Assembly (NCBI GenBank): GCA_048881705.1
Contig: JBHLSH010000004.1
Location: 34,015 to 98,014, forward strand
Source: Candidatus Heimdallarchaeota archaeon
GTDB taxonomy: Archaea; Asgardarchaeota; Heimdallarchaeia; Hodarchaeales; Hodarchaeaceae
Direction: 5' to 3'
Length of the DNA stretch: 64,000 bases
In this document: one piece after another, positions 9,469-19,582 of the stretch
Numbering within the stretch: position 1 is the stretch's first letter
Layout: every line of letters begins with the position of its first letter
Program-made: the position numbers and the translations under genes
The notes under the pieces: model-generated
What the model saw: the letters and a program-made list of their open reading frames with translations, nothing else
Database searches by the model: none
What the model was told of the DNA's origin: nothing

Positions 9469-11907
9469 TTAAGAAATGCCGCGGTGGTACAACATATCTG
9501 GAAGAGAACTACGCCAAGTCCTCCAAGCCAGGAGAGCTGTGGAGAGGAATACACTAAAAATTATAGAGCTTATTACAATGATCCAAAGATCTAGCGGTAC
9601 GTATACTGGCATGTAAATTTCCTCAATCAAATAATCATAGCTTGGCTGCAATAACGCGAGACTCAATGGAATACCGATTATGAGCCCAAAAACACCATAA
9701 AGCGCGTTTTCTAGAAAAATTACTTTCATGATCGTTCGACGTTTTGATCCCATTGCTCTCAAAGCCAAGAATTCCATCTCCCGATCCATCATCGCCAGTG
9801 ACATGCTAGAAAACGTAAAAAGTATTAACGCGGTTAAACCTAGTAAACCAATGAAAATTAACAGCCCCATCATTGCCTCCATCATTGACCCTATTGTGAT
9901 CAAGATCTCTTTTGTCTCTGAATAAACGTAGGGAAAATATCGATCAACAATCTGTGATTTAATTTCAACCTTGCGAGCCTCAGTTACCGTACTGCTATAG
10001 CTGAAAACAAATCCGGTAACATTTCCAGAGGTTGCAATACCCTGCGTAAATGCAGTATTCTGCTGCAATCCTTCAATCGTCCACAGAAGCGCAGTATCAA
10101 ACAGTTCGCCAGTGATCCCAACAATTTCGAGATTGAAGACATTAACTGGGTCAAACACCACCTTTATAACGTCCCCAACTCTAATTCCGTGTTCTTTTGC
10201 GAGTTCACTTCCAATCAGAATCGAGTCTTTTCCCAGATCGCTCATCTCGAAATTTTGGTCTCCAACAACGACGTGGTAAGATCTCAGCGTCGAATTTTCA
10301 TGGAATAAATGGATAGGAGCCCGGACAACTTCATCGTTGAAATCAGAAATAAAAACATTAGTTCCGATGTATCCTTCTACCTTATCGATCCCATCAATGG
10401 TTTGAACGTAAGTTTTGATAGAGAATTCGGAGGAAGGCTTCTGTAAATAAACATTTACATCGTGATTCTCATATAATGTAAAATTCTGATCCATAGTATA
10501 GACTAAATCAAAAACGAGACTTCCTGCAGCAACCAGAATTATCATCGACGTAGCAACAGCTATTAATGTCGATAATGAACGCTTTTTATTCATAAATACT
10601 GTTCTAAGAGGGATTTTTGTGCTGAATCGTCGAAATATCCTGAATGGTCTCAAAATCTTCTCCATAAGAGGCTCCTGGCCAAGTTGGCTCTTTGAATACG
10701 GAGCAACCATAGCTTCACGTGGCGTAAGACGTAATACAGGCATCGTTGCCATAAATGAAACCACGCTGATGAAAATGACAGAAAAGAGAGAACCTCCTAT
10801 CCAAATGATTGGATTTTGTCCTATTTTTATGACAGTAAAACCATGCCAATCACCCCTAATGCCAACTGCAACCATACTTAGGCCCATCGCTCCAAACCAC
10901 CCGATTCCAATACCGATGAGACCGAGGATTACTCCAAATCCCAGATAATGAGAAAAAACAATACGCTTTTTCACACCTAAGGCGCCATACAAACCAATGT
11001 GAGTCCTTTGTGCTTGAACGAGTTTACTTAATGAGTTGTAAATCGCCGTGGCGCCTGCAATTAAACCAAAAAGGCCAAAAACTAAGCCAAATTTGTCATG
11101 AGGATTATCGAACTGAAAAAACTCGTAATCAGGTGTCCTATCCCAATAAAGAACCTTTTGTATCCTTTCGGATCCAATGTAATCAGAAAGAACACGATCA
11201 GCGATTTGACTGGCATTGTGGGACCGAGTGGTGGTTTTAACTAGTATTTCATTGGTGCCTCCCGACCCCAGAAACACTTCAAGACGGGCAAGAGGAACAT
11301 AAATAATGCATAACTCCCCATTAAATGCGGCCGAATTTGTCTGTTCATCCACGGGGTAAAAATAGTCCGAATCAATGGCAATCCCCGAAATGGTAAAATT
11401 CTCTGAAAAGGGTCCATATGAAACCCGAAGTGATTCGTTCACCTTAATAGGGGTTGGTCCACTAAGAAATGGGGCTTTGAAATGCTTTTCAAGCAATATT
11501 TCAGAGTTTGCGGATGGTTTCTCTCCTAAAACGAGCTTTAGAGTGTTGATCTCATTTAATGAGAAATCAACCCCGATAGTATATGCCTTATATTTCTCGC
11601 CCTTATATTCCACAGAGGTATAGAGAAAAATACGTCCTTCAAGATTTTCAATCCCTGCTTCTTGGACTTCCTGCCTTGATAACCAAGCGGAAATATTGTC
11701 TCTTGGAATATATTCGTTCAATCGGATACGGAGATCGGCATTGTTAAGGTTCTCGTGATGCGCAGCAATAGTTTCATCGTAAGAATCTTTTACATTAAGT
11801 AAACCTAGACCTAAAGTTATTGTAATGGCTACGGTAATGACAATCACAAATGAACGGAATTTATTAAACCGAAATTCCCTGAAAATTTTCTTTGTAAGAA
11901 TCCTCAA
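9469..11907 (-). CDS. MacB/FtsX-type ABC permease with two fused permease repeats
   Basis: Two (TM, large extracellular domain, 3 TM) halves with QRTHIGLYGALG and REMEFLALRAMG FtsX-like motifs. Confidence 0.88.
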   Translation of the reverse strand: MRILTKKIFREFRFNKFRSFVIVITVAITITLGLGLLNVKDSYDETIAAHHENLNNADLRIRLNEYIPRDNISAWLSRQEVQEAGIENLEGRIFLYTSVEYKGEKYKAYTIGVDFSLNEINTLKLVLGEKPSANSEILLEKHFKAPFLSGPTPIKVNESLRVSYGPFSENFTISGIAIDSDYFYPVDEQTNSAAFNGELCIIYVPLARLEVFLGSGGTNEILVKTTTRSHNASQIADRVLSDYIGSERIQKVLYWDRTPDYEFFQFDNPHDKFGLVFGLFGLIAGATAIYNSLSKLVQAQRTHIGLYGALGVKKRIVFSHYLGFGVILGLIGIGIGWFGAMGLSMVAVGIRGDWHGFTVIKIGQNPIIWIGGSLFSVIFISVVSFMATMPVLRLTPREAMVAPYSKSQLGQEPLMEKILRPFRIFRRFSTKIPLRTVFMNKKRSLSTLIAVATSMIILVAAGSLVFDLVYTMDQNFTLYENHDVNVYLQKPSSEFSIKTYVQTIDGIDKVEGYIGTNVFISDFNDEVVRAPIHLFHENSTLRSYHVVVGDQNFEMSDLGKDSILIGSELAKEHGIRVGDVIKVVFDPVNVFNLEIVGITGELFDTALLWTIEGLQQNTAFTQGIATSGNVTGFVFSYSSTVTEARKVEIKSQIVDRYFPYVYSETKEILITIGSMMEAMMGLLIFIGLLGLTALILFTFSSMSLAMMDREMEFLALRAMGSKRRTIMKVIFLENALYGVFGLIIGIPLSLALLQPSYDYLIEEIYMPVYVPLDLWIIVISSIIFSVFLSTALLAWRTWRSSLPDMLYHRGIS

Positions 11908-12635
11908 ACACTAGTCACCTTTTTTATCCTTTTGACCGTAGGAAAATCCTCAAGCGACACAATTTGGCCATCTCGAAGATGAAATACCCGATGGGCTTTC
12001 TCTGTAATGCTGATATCATGTGAAACAACGATATAAGTTCCACCAAATTTCTCATTGAGTTCTTTCATAAGTTCGGAAATCTTTTGACCTGTTACGTAAT
12101 CTAAGTTTCCAGTGGGTTCATCAGCAACAACGATTTCTGGATTTTTAACTAGTGCGCGAGCTATGGCCACTCTCTGTTGCTCCCCACCAGAAAGTTGGCT
12201 TGGAAACCGATCTATTTTATCGTGCAAGCCAACAGCCTCCAACATACTTTCGGCTCTTTGTTTTATCCCATTTCGTTCCCCTTTAAATTCCAAAGAAAGG
12301 GCTACATTCTCCCAGGCCCGTAAAGAGGGAATAAGATTAAAAAATTGGAAGATCCAGCCAACCTTATTACGACGGTATTCGGATAGTTTCCCACTCGACC
12401 ACTGAGTAATCTCCTTACCACCTATCTTCACGCTCCCACTGGTGGGAGAATCAATGCCGCCAATCTGGTTAAGTAATGTGGTTTTTCCAGACCCACTTGG
12501 GCCCAGTACAACAGCAAATTCTCCTTCGTATACTTCCATATTTATTCCGCGCAGAGCTTTAATGGTTATTTCTCCAATATAGAAATCACGGTGAACATCA
12601 GAGACTTTTACTGCTATGCTTTTGGATTCAGCCAT
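11904..12635 (-). CDS. LolD/MacB-type ABC ATP-binding protein
   Basis: [31 protein letters not shown]; overlaps the permease start. Confidence 0.93.
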   Translation of the reverse strand: MAESKSIAVKVSDVHRDFYIGEITIKALRGINMEVYEGEFAVVLGPSGSGKTTLLNQIGGIDSPTSGSVKIGGKEITQWSSGKLSEYRRNKVGWIFQFFNLIPSLRAWENVALSLEFKGERNGIKQRAESMLEAVGLHDKIDRFPSQLSGGEQQRVAIARALVKNPEIVVADEPTGNLDYVTGQKISELMKELNEKFGGTYIVVSHDISITEKAHRVFHLRDGQIVSLEDFPTVKRIKKVTSV

Positions 12636-12813
12636 TTTGGTACCCGCCTTTAGAATTTAGACTTTCTATACAGAATTAATTGGTTTAGAGGAAATTTCTT
12701 TATTTGCGAAATTGACGCAATTTTCCAATATATATAACTTTTGATAGTACCAAAATCTAATGGGCCCAACCCAATTCGAAAGGAGAGAACTCCAGAATTG
12801 GTACCACCGGATT

Positions 12814-13971
12814 TTAATATCCGATGGTCATTCCAATGAAGTCAAAAATTCCAATAAACAAGGTAATTCCCAACAAAATTGTAAACAACCGACGTTCCTT
12901 GAGCGGAATGACTGATAAGCAAGGGTAAAACCACATCCAGTACCATGGAAATGCAGTCGCATATATCTTTAAGAATCCAAGTAAAATGACAAAGGGAATC
13001 CAATAAGATCTCGTGAAGATGCCCTCGAACCTCTTTACTGTGGACTCATTGGTTGAAAGTGCTCCAAGCCAATAGAAAAAAGCCAATATTAGCACCCCTG
13101 TAGAGAGTAAAGAGGAGACACTGGGATGAAGTATTAATAGAGGGTTTGAAGCCAGCTGCCCAGAATATTCTCCCAAATTTCCGAAATGCCCGAAATAGGT
13201 GAGAATGTAATTTGATACAAGTAACGGGAAAGAAAATGCCAGGATGGTCATACTCATTGTTAAAACGCCAGTGACTAGGAGTTTCACTCTGTGTCGATCA
13301 AGAACCGCAAAATAAGGTAACAACAAGACGGATACATATTTCCAGTTAAAGCCAATCCCAATACTCAAATAGCTCAAAATCTTGTTATATGGGCGAAGGA
13401 ATATCGGAAGTAGTAAGAAAAAGACAGTTAATGCAGTTGATTGACCCTCAAAAGCCGAAAATGGAATAGAAAAAAGCAGGTACGAGAGAGAAAACAAGAT
13501 TTCTGATGTTTCAATATTCTTGATTCCTTGGTAATGGAGCTTTTCTCTGCGAAACAATAGGAGCAGGAGAAAGAAGTTGGTAATATCAATCAATGATAGT
13601 ACCCACTTCGCAAGGATAGGGGAAACTGGTAAGGGAGCTAAAACAGCCCAAAAAAGCAACTGGAGAGAGGGATAATCAAAAGTGGTATTTGGATAGGATA
13701 GCAATCCCGATGCGGGGTCTCCTATGCTATAATTTGGATCTATCTCAAGGGGAGTTTTATCATATACCGTAAATCCATATCGCCAGAAGGCCCTACCGTA
13801 AAAGAGATTTCTTTCAAAGTCACTGGTTACTAGAGGACTTACTAGAGCACCTATAACAAGGTGGAGGATAATTAGAATAAAAAAAACAGCTTTTAGGGAA
13901 CCTAAATCGCTAATGATCGAGCGCAATTGTGTATAATACCGATTCCAAGGCGGGATATCTGAATTCTGCAT
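12814..13971 (-). CDS. GT-C fold integral membrane glycosyltransferase (GT87/DUF2029-like)
   Basis: Polytopic; early luminal loop with DFE...FDYP, then GQ and GIGFNWK-Y motifs resembling GT87; directly downstream of a GT2 gene. Confidence 0.55.
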   Translation of the reverse strand: MQNSDIPPWNRYYTQLRSIISDLGSLKAVFFILIILHLVIGALVSPLVTSDFERNLFYGRAFWRYGFTVYDKTPLEIDPNYSIGDPASGLLSYPNTTFDYPSLQLLFWAVLAPLPVSPILAKWVLSLIDITNFFLLLLLFRREKLHYQGIKNIETSEILFSLSYLLFSIPFSAFEGQSTALTVFFLLLPIFLRPYNKILSYLSIGIGFNWKYVSVLLLPYFAVLDRHRVKLLVTGVLTMSMTILAFSFPLLVSNYILTYFGHFGNLGEYSGQLASNPLLILHPSVSSLLSTGVLILAFFYWLGALSTNESTVKRFEGIFTRSYWIPFVILLGFLKIYATAFPWYWMWFYPCLSVIPLKERRLFTILLGITLFIGIFDFIGMTIGY

Positions 13972-14032
13972 GGAAATCGCCAGGAAGAAAATATTACCTC
14001 TATCTCATACGGGGATTCATTCGTAATATTGG

Positions 14033-15466
14033 TTAGGCAAGAGATTCCACATTTTCGCTTCTGCTAACTCTCATATTGGTCATGCTGAATAAAGTGATCA
14101 CAAGAAATCCAAGAAAGAAAAATGCGCCTTGAAAGTTGCTCAATCCAATGTAAAAAGCAGTTAGGATTGCTAATATTATTACCATTGAGGCCTCAAATAC
14201 CTTGATATCTAGATCAATAACAGGATTACTTTCACTTGCTCTTTGAGTCCTATAAAAGGGTTCTGGCTTATTAATGAGCGATCTAGTAAGACCTATGGTC
14301 GATGGGACAAGAATCATGATCGTATAAACTAATAACAAGGGGTAGAATATCAGATCAGTCATTCTTCCAAACATCCAGGTAGAAATAATCGTGAAAATCC
14401 CAACAAACAAACCAGTAAATCCCAAGAGGATGAAAATGATTGCGAAACCCAAGTCCTGGCTGATATTTATAGAAAATAAGACCAGATTTAGTGGAATGAG
14501 TGTAAGTAACAGCGGTAGTACAATAGTTGGTGAAATATGTATCAATAATTGAAGATCTCTTAACGCCGAAGATCGAGCGTTTTTATCGTTGAAGAGCTTT
14601 TTAATTGCCTGCGTTTGGCCAAAAGCCGCCCTTTTATAGGTTTTTTTGAAGGCTTTGAAGCTAACTGGTGCCCCTACATTATACACAATTGCATCCTTCT
14701 CGGCCAAAACATTCCACCCCCGAATTCTGGCGTTAATAGACATATAAATATCTTCACTCATGGTATCCCATGGCATCTCCTCCACAATTTCCTTCCTGAA
14801 CACAGCACCATTTCCTGTTATGAAGTTCGGAAATTTCATTGATCCTTTCATTATTGCGAAAAGATAGCCTGGATTATATATTAATCTGGTTAATCTGGTT
14901 AAAAAATCATTATGAGGGAACGCATTTCTGGCCAAGACAAAACCAACATCATTACGTTCGAAATGAGGTAAGGATTTTCTGAGGAAATCCCTATGTAAGT
15001 AGCTATCCCCAGCAATAACTGCAATAATATTCTTTGTTGTATATTGAGTTGCCAGGTTTAATGCTCCAGCTACAAACTTAGTAGAGGCATTTTTTCCATC
15101 CCCAAACCTATCCTTGTATATCAATTTTATAGACAAACGATCAGTAAACTGATTCACAACCGCCTTGGTTTGATCCTTGATTTTTTTGATATCGGTCTGA
15201 TCTATAATTATGATCTCAATCTTTTCTAAGGGGAAATTTTGTTCGTAGATACTATTGAGGAGCTTGTTGATCATACTTGGCTCTTCATTGTAGATAGGGA
15301 TTTGAATAGTGACGCCGCCAATGGCATCCAAATCGTAATCTCTGATTGGTCCCTTGAATACCCTAAAGAAGATGTAGCGGACGGTGATAAAAATCATGTC
15401 TATATTATATATATTCATCAGAAACATAATCAGAAAGTACGAGAGAATTGTTAGTTCGTTAATCAA
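14033..15466 (-). CDS. Family 2 glycosyltransferase, cellulose-synthase-like membrane type
   Basis: QIPIYNEE, KFVAGALN, TGNGAVFRK, SED, C-terminal TM helices and F-x-RT motif; DxD and QxxRW motifs are degenerate. Confidence 0.8.
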   Translation of the reverse strand: MINELTILSYFLIMFLMNIYNIDMIFITVRYIFFRVFKGPIRDYDLDAIGGVTIQIPIYNEEPSMINKLLNSIYEQNFPLEKIEIIIIDQTDIKKIKDQTKAVVNQFTDRLSIKLIYKDRFGDGKNASTKFVAGALNLATQYTTKNIIAVIAGDSYLHRDFLRKSLPHFERNDVGFVLARNAFPHNDFLTRLTRLIYNPGYLFAIMKGSMKFPNFITGNGAVFRKEIVEEMPWDTMSEDIYMSINARIRGWNVLAEKDAIVYNVGAPVSFKAFKKTYKRAAFGQTQAIKKLFNDKNARSSALRDLQLLIHISPTIVLPLLLTLIPLNLVLFSINISQDLGFAIIFILLGFTGLFVGIFTIISTWMFGRMTDLIFYPLLLVYTIMILVPSTIGLTRSLINKPEPFYRTQRASESNPVIDLDIKVFEASMVIILAILTAFYIGLSNFQGAFFFLGFLVITLFSMTNMRVSRSENVESLA

Positions 15467-15896
15467 ACTGGGTCCCTTATATTTAGCACGAACAAATTGA
15501 GTGCTGCTACTAAATAATCATTATCAGTGTAAAATGCCTTTCATTGGGTATTTAACAACATCTGCATGATTTTTCTATCGTTTTTTAAGCCTTTCAATTT
15601 ATTATTGTTTAAACTCACCGATTGAAAGGAAGTTTGCTATTTCCCAGCAAGGTGGGTGGTTTGTGGATAAAAAGAATTCTCAAAATTGGGACTTTTTCTC
15701 TAATGAAGGATCGTCTCATATGACTTCCTTTGGGTTTCTCAGGAGACAAACCGATATCTCTTCTTACAAGGACGGTTTCCAATTCTCGTGACATAACAGC
15801 TTAATCTTATATCAAAGACTCTATAAATTCACTCCATTTTAGGAGTTTTGACAAGGAAAAAGATAAAAAGGATATCCACGGGGGCCACATTACTAA

Positions 15897-17096
15897 ATGG
15901 GCGTAGAAGTAAGAAAAAAAGTGTTTTCCCGCATTAGACGTTATTTGAATTCAAATCCAAGCGATCTTCAGGGAGTACAAAGTCTTAGAGAGGCCAACGG
16001 TGTAAAAGATAGAGTAGATGCTGTGATTCGACGATTGGACGAATTTTCGCCCATCGAAACTCTAAATTGGAACCTAGAGGATCGAAAACTCTATCGTGAG
16101 AGTGCAATAGCTGCAGGAATCCATTTTATCAGACAATATCCAATGATGTTTCATACCCCCAACTCCCTCCGTGCATGTTTTGGGATGCCAACGCGAGCGG
16201 ATAGGAAGAAAGGACGGTATTCGTCAATTTTTCTTAGGAATGAAGCTATTGACAGGCAACTTCGTCCAAAAATCCCTGATTTGGAGGATTTAAAGAAGAT
16301 TCTCCAAAAACAAAGTCGCAATGGGAAATTTCACGAAGTTTCCGCTATTGAGGCACATCTTGAACGGATCATGAAGAGAGATTACCAAGAGGAGGAAATT
16401 CAAAAACCTATTTCTGATCACCATCCTAAGAGTATTGAGCATCTAAAACTATTTTTGACCGAATTTGGATTCGAAGACCTTCAGGAACATAGTGAAGTTG
16501 AGGACGAAGAAGATCTCCAAAACGATGACGGAGTTTTACTTGCTCCTGACTTGATTGGGAGATTTCAGGGCAAAGAATGTTGGATTGAACTCAAAGAATA
16601 TCGAGAACATCGTTTTAATTCGAAGGTTCTTTTCCAGGTTTTTCGATACTTACAGCAAAACTCATTGGTTTTCCTCGTTACTACCTCAGATCTACCAAGC
16701 TTTACGCAATTGCTGGACCAGCAAAACTGGACACGTAAAGCATTAAAGAGCTGGGGCAGGCAACAACAGAATCGTCTAAACTCGGAGTTTTCAACATGGA
16801 ATTCAAAGCAAACGAAATTCTATGACTACGGCACTTCGTTAAATCTGACTCCACGTCTAGAAGCTATCTATCTAACTATCGTAGGGGAGGTTATTAAGGA
16901 AGAACTGGGCGTCTTGGGTACAGAGATTAATGGGATCCAGAAATTTCTAAAGATACTTTCTCTACTCCCTCAAGAGATCAAAGTTTTTAATTTTGATGAC
17001 ATTTTAAGAGATGGCCGTGAACTAGCTTCAACTTCAACGATCCTTATTAAGATGGATTATATTAGTCCAAAACATTCTCCGAAAGAAGGATCTTAA
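15897..17096 (+). CDS. Hypothetical protein with a central PD-(D/E)XK nuclease-like motif
   Basis: LAPDLIG...CWIELKEY...QVFRY resembles the PD...(D/E)xK core of restriction-endonuclease-like folds. Confidence 0.45.
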   Translation: MGVEVRKKVFSRIRRYLNSNPSDLQGVQSLREANGVKDRVDAVIRRLDEFSPIETLNWNLEDRKLYRESAIAAGIHFIRQYPMMFHTPNSLRACFGMPTRADRKKGRYSSIFLRNEAIDRQLRPKIPDLEDLKKILQKQSRNGKFHEVSAIEAHLERIMKRDYQEEEIQKPISDHHPKSIEHLKLFLTEFGFEDLQEHSEVEDEEDLQNDDGVLLAPDLIGRFQGKECWIELKEYREHRFNSKVLFQVFRYLQQNSLVFLVTTSDLPSFTQLLDQQNWTRKALKSWGRQQQNRLNSEFSTWNSKQTKFYDYGTSLNLTPRLEAIYLTIVGEVIKEELGVLGTEINGIQKFLKILSLLPQEIKVFNFDDILRDGRELASTSTILIKMDYISPKHSPKEGS

Positions 17097-17098
17097 CC

Positions 17099-17851
17099 CT
17101 AACTCAAAAGGAATAAAGTTGGTCCACCGAAAAGCGGCCATAAAAACAATAATCCCATTGTCATAACCAAAATTCCCACGAAACCTTCAAATACACGGTA
17201 ATGTTTCCTGATAAAGGAAGTAAGTGGTAATAAGGGGAAGAATATCAGAAGAAAGTACGGAAGGAACACTCCGATAGAAAATAATGTCATTCCAACGCTA
17301 GTGAATATGACATTGCTTGCAGCTGTGACCAAAGCGAGTAGTACAATGAATGCAGGGAATGCGCAGGGCAATGCGATTATAGAATAACCCATTCCGAGAA
17401 TAAACAGATCCAGATTTCGATAAGTTTCTTTCTGCATAACTTCGGTAACACGTTGAGGGACGGGAATTCGCCCAAAGGTTAGTTTTCCCAGTCGGGGAGA
17501 AAGAAAAAGAATTCCTGTTAAAATGAGTAGAATTCCTAGGAGGTAGGTAAGTGGACGATATGCATTGGTCAAAAACAGCCCTAATTGTTGCCAGATGTGT
17601 AGATATACGATTGAAGCCCCGGCGAAGGCAAAAACTATCCCACTAGTCAGCAAAATGACCCATTGGAAGGCCTGCCTTCTGGTGTGAGACGGTGTGGTTT
17701 CTAGTTGATTCGAGGTTGTCTTATCCAAAACTCTGAAAATCGTAAGTGGCATGATGGGAAATAGACATGGCGATAACGCGATGTAAAGCCCAACTATAAA
17801 AAAGAGAGGCAATCCAATGGATTCATCAATCTTGATGCCGTAAATAAGCAT
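17099..17851 (-). CDS. ccdA: CcdA/DsbD-type transmembrane disulfide reductase
   Basis: About 6 TM helices with SPCLFP and LPCAFP cysteine motifs; adjacent to a thioredoxin-like gene. Confidence 0.85.
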   Translation of the reverse strand: MLIYGIKIDESIGLPLFFIVGLYIALSPCLFPIMPLTIFRVLDKTTSNQLETTPSHTRRQAFQWVILLTSGIVFAFAGASIVYLHIWQQLGLFLTNAYRPLTYLLGILLILTGILFLSPRLGKLTFGRIPVPQRVTEVMQKETYRNLDLFILGMGYSIIALPCAFPAFIVLLALVTAASNVIFTSVGMTLFSIGVFLPYFLLIFFPLLPLTSFIRKHYRVFEGFVGILVMTMGLLFLWPLFGGPTLFLLS

Positions 17852-17897
17852 GAAAAACCCTCAGAAAGCAATAGGTTTTGAATCTAAATTTGTATTA

Positions 17898-18548
17898 TCA
17901 ACCTTGCTGAATCCAACGTGATAGATCATTAAAACTGGTAACTCCTTGTTCCCAGTGACGGATGATTCCATTATCATTGATAAAGACAAGCGTAGGGATG
18001 AAGTTGACCTGATATTTGATTGCACCTTCCTGGGAGTAATCGAATCCCACAACCCACTCCATAGAATGTTGGGCTTTGAACGAGGCTAGGGTAGGAAGGT
18101 CATCGTCGAGGCTGGCCGAGACCGATAGAATTTGAACCTGTGGATATATAGATCGAACCTGTTTCAATACAGCGATCACATCGATGCAAGGAATGCACCA
18201 TGTGGCAAAAAAATCCAAGATAATCGGCTTACCAATATAATCAGACAAACTAACGACACTTTCGTCCAATAGTTGAAAGGAAAAGTCGGTTTGAGAAACG
18301 TTATCTGCGATTATTGAATTGTCATCATTTTTGGGCTGTATACTCGCTAGATCACCAAATGACAGTAAACCGATCCCTAAAATTACGATGATGAAAAGTG
18401 ATCCAACGGCAATGGGCCTTGTAAACGATTTTTTTGTCACGACACCGTTATTTTTCTGTTTTTTCTGGAGAGAGTCCAAGGAGGCCAGGACCTCTACTCT
18501 TTTTTCATCTGATGTCTGGTTGCGTTCTTGCGTCCCAGGTATTCCCAT
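17898..18548 (-). CDS. Membrane-anchored TlpA/ResA-family thioredoxin-like protein
   Basis: N-terminal TM, DFFATWCIPC (CxxC), IPTLVFI. Confidence 0.88.
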   Translation of the reverse strand: MGIPGTQERNQTSDEKRVEVLASLDSLQKKQKNNGVVTKKSFTRPIAVGSLFIIVILGIGLLSFGDLASIQPKNDDNSIIADNVSQTDFSFQLLDESVVSLSDYIGKPIILDFFATWCIPCIDVIAVLKQVRSIYPQVQILSVSASLDDDLPTLASFKAQHSMEWVVGFDYSQEGAIKYQVNFIPTLVFINDNGIIRHWEQGVTSFNDLSRWIQQG

Positions 18549-18818
18549 TGAACGACGGCGTGAACTCAGGATAAAGAACTTCCTTACATTATCTAGCGCT
18601 TATACAAGTAACAAGCGGCTTTAAACCGTTTTCTCTTCGATTCAACAAGTCCGAGTTTAAAAAACCTCCAATGGTTTGCCAATGCAAATAATGCAAGAAT
18701 ATAAAACCCTAAATCTCCCAATAATCACAGTTGCGGTTTATTCTTTCCAGAAAGGGCATTTATTGTTTCATTGAACCGAACTTCCCAACGGAGCGGTTCT
18801 GGACATTGATTTCTTTTT

Positions 18819-19571
18819 TTACCAATAAAGCTTCTTTGCAGGCGTATATTCTTGAGTGTAGTCTTCCAAGATCTGCCCGTCAGAGAGACGAATAACCCGA
18901 TCCCCCAAGGGACAAATTGCTTCATTATGGGTAACAACGATTACAGTTCTGTTTTGCTCTTTTCCAGTCATTGCCTCCATTATCTCTAATATAGCGCGAC
19001 CGATAGTATAATCGAGATTGCCCGTGGGTTCATCAGCCAGTAGGATCTCTGGTTCTTTTGCAAGTGCTCGTGCTATGCTCACTCTTTGTTGTTCACCGCC
19101 TGAAAGTTCTTTAGGAAAGTGATTCATTCGGTCTTCAAGTCCCACTCTTTTAAGGTATTCGATGGCCTTTTTTCTGACGCTAGAGGAGTCGAAGGTAACG
19201 GAAGTGTTGTTATCTGGTTGTTTTTTAACACCAACCAACTCCAGAGCATACTCAACGTTTTCTAGTGCCGTCAAGCGCGAGATAAGATTGAAAAATTGAA
19301 AAATTACACCTACTTTCTTTCGACGATATACAGTTAACCACTTGGCGGAGAGAGTTGAAAGCGGGATCTCATCAACCGTCACTTTCCCCCTAGTAGGGAT
19401 ATCCAAACCCCCTATCATATTCATCAGGGTCGTTTTTCCAGCTCCGGAAGGTCCAAAGACTATAACTAGTTCTCCTCTGTCAACAGTCAGATTCACACCA
19501 TTTAACGCCCGAATTGGTTTCTCTCCAAGGATATACTCCTTTTCTACTTCCTCTAATTCAATAAACGCCAT
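18819..19571 (-). CDS. LolD/MacB-type ABC ATP-binding protein
   Basis: [31 protein letters not shown]. Confidence 0.93.
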   Translation of the reverse strand: MAFIELEEVEKEYILGEKPIRALNGVNLTVDRGELVIVFGPSGAGKTTLMNMIGGLDIPTRGKVTVDEIPLSTLSAKWLTVYRRKKVGVIFQFFNLISRLTALENVEYALELVGVKKQPDNNTSVTFDSSSVRKKAIEYLKRVGLEDRMNHFPKELSGGEQQRVSIARALAKEPEILLADEPTGNLDYTIGRAILEIMEAMTGKEQNRTVIVVTHNEAICPLGDRVIRLSDGQILEDYTQEYTPAKKLYW

Positions 19572-19582
19572 TTCTAGTTCCT

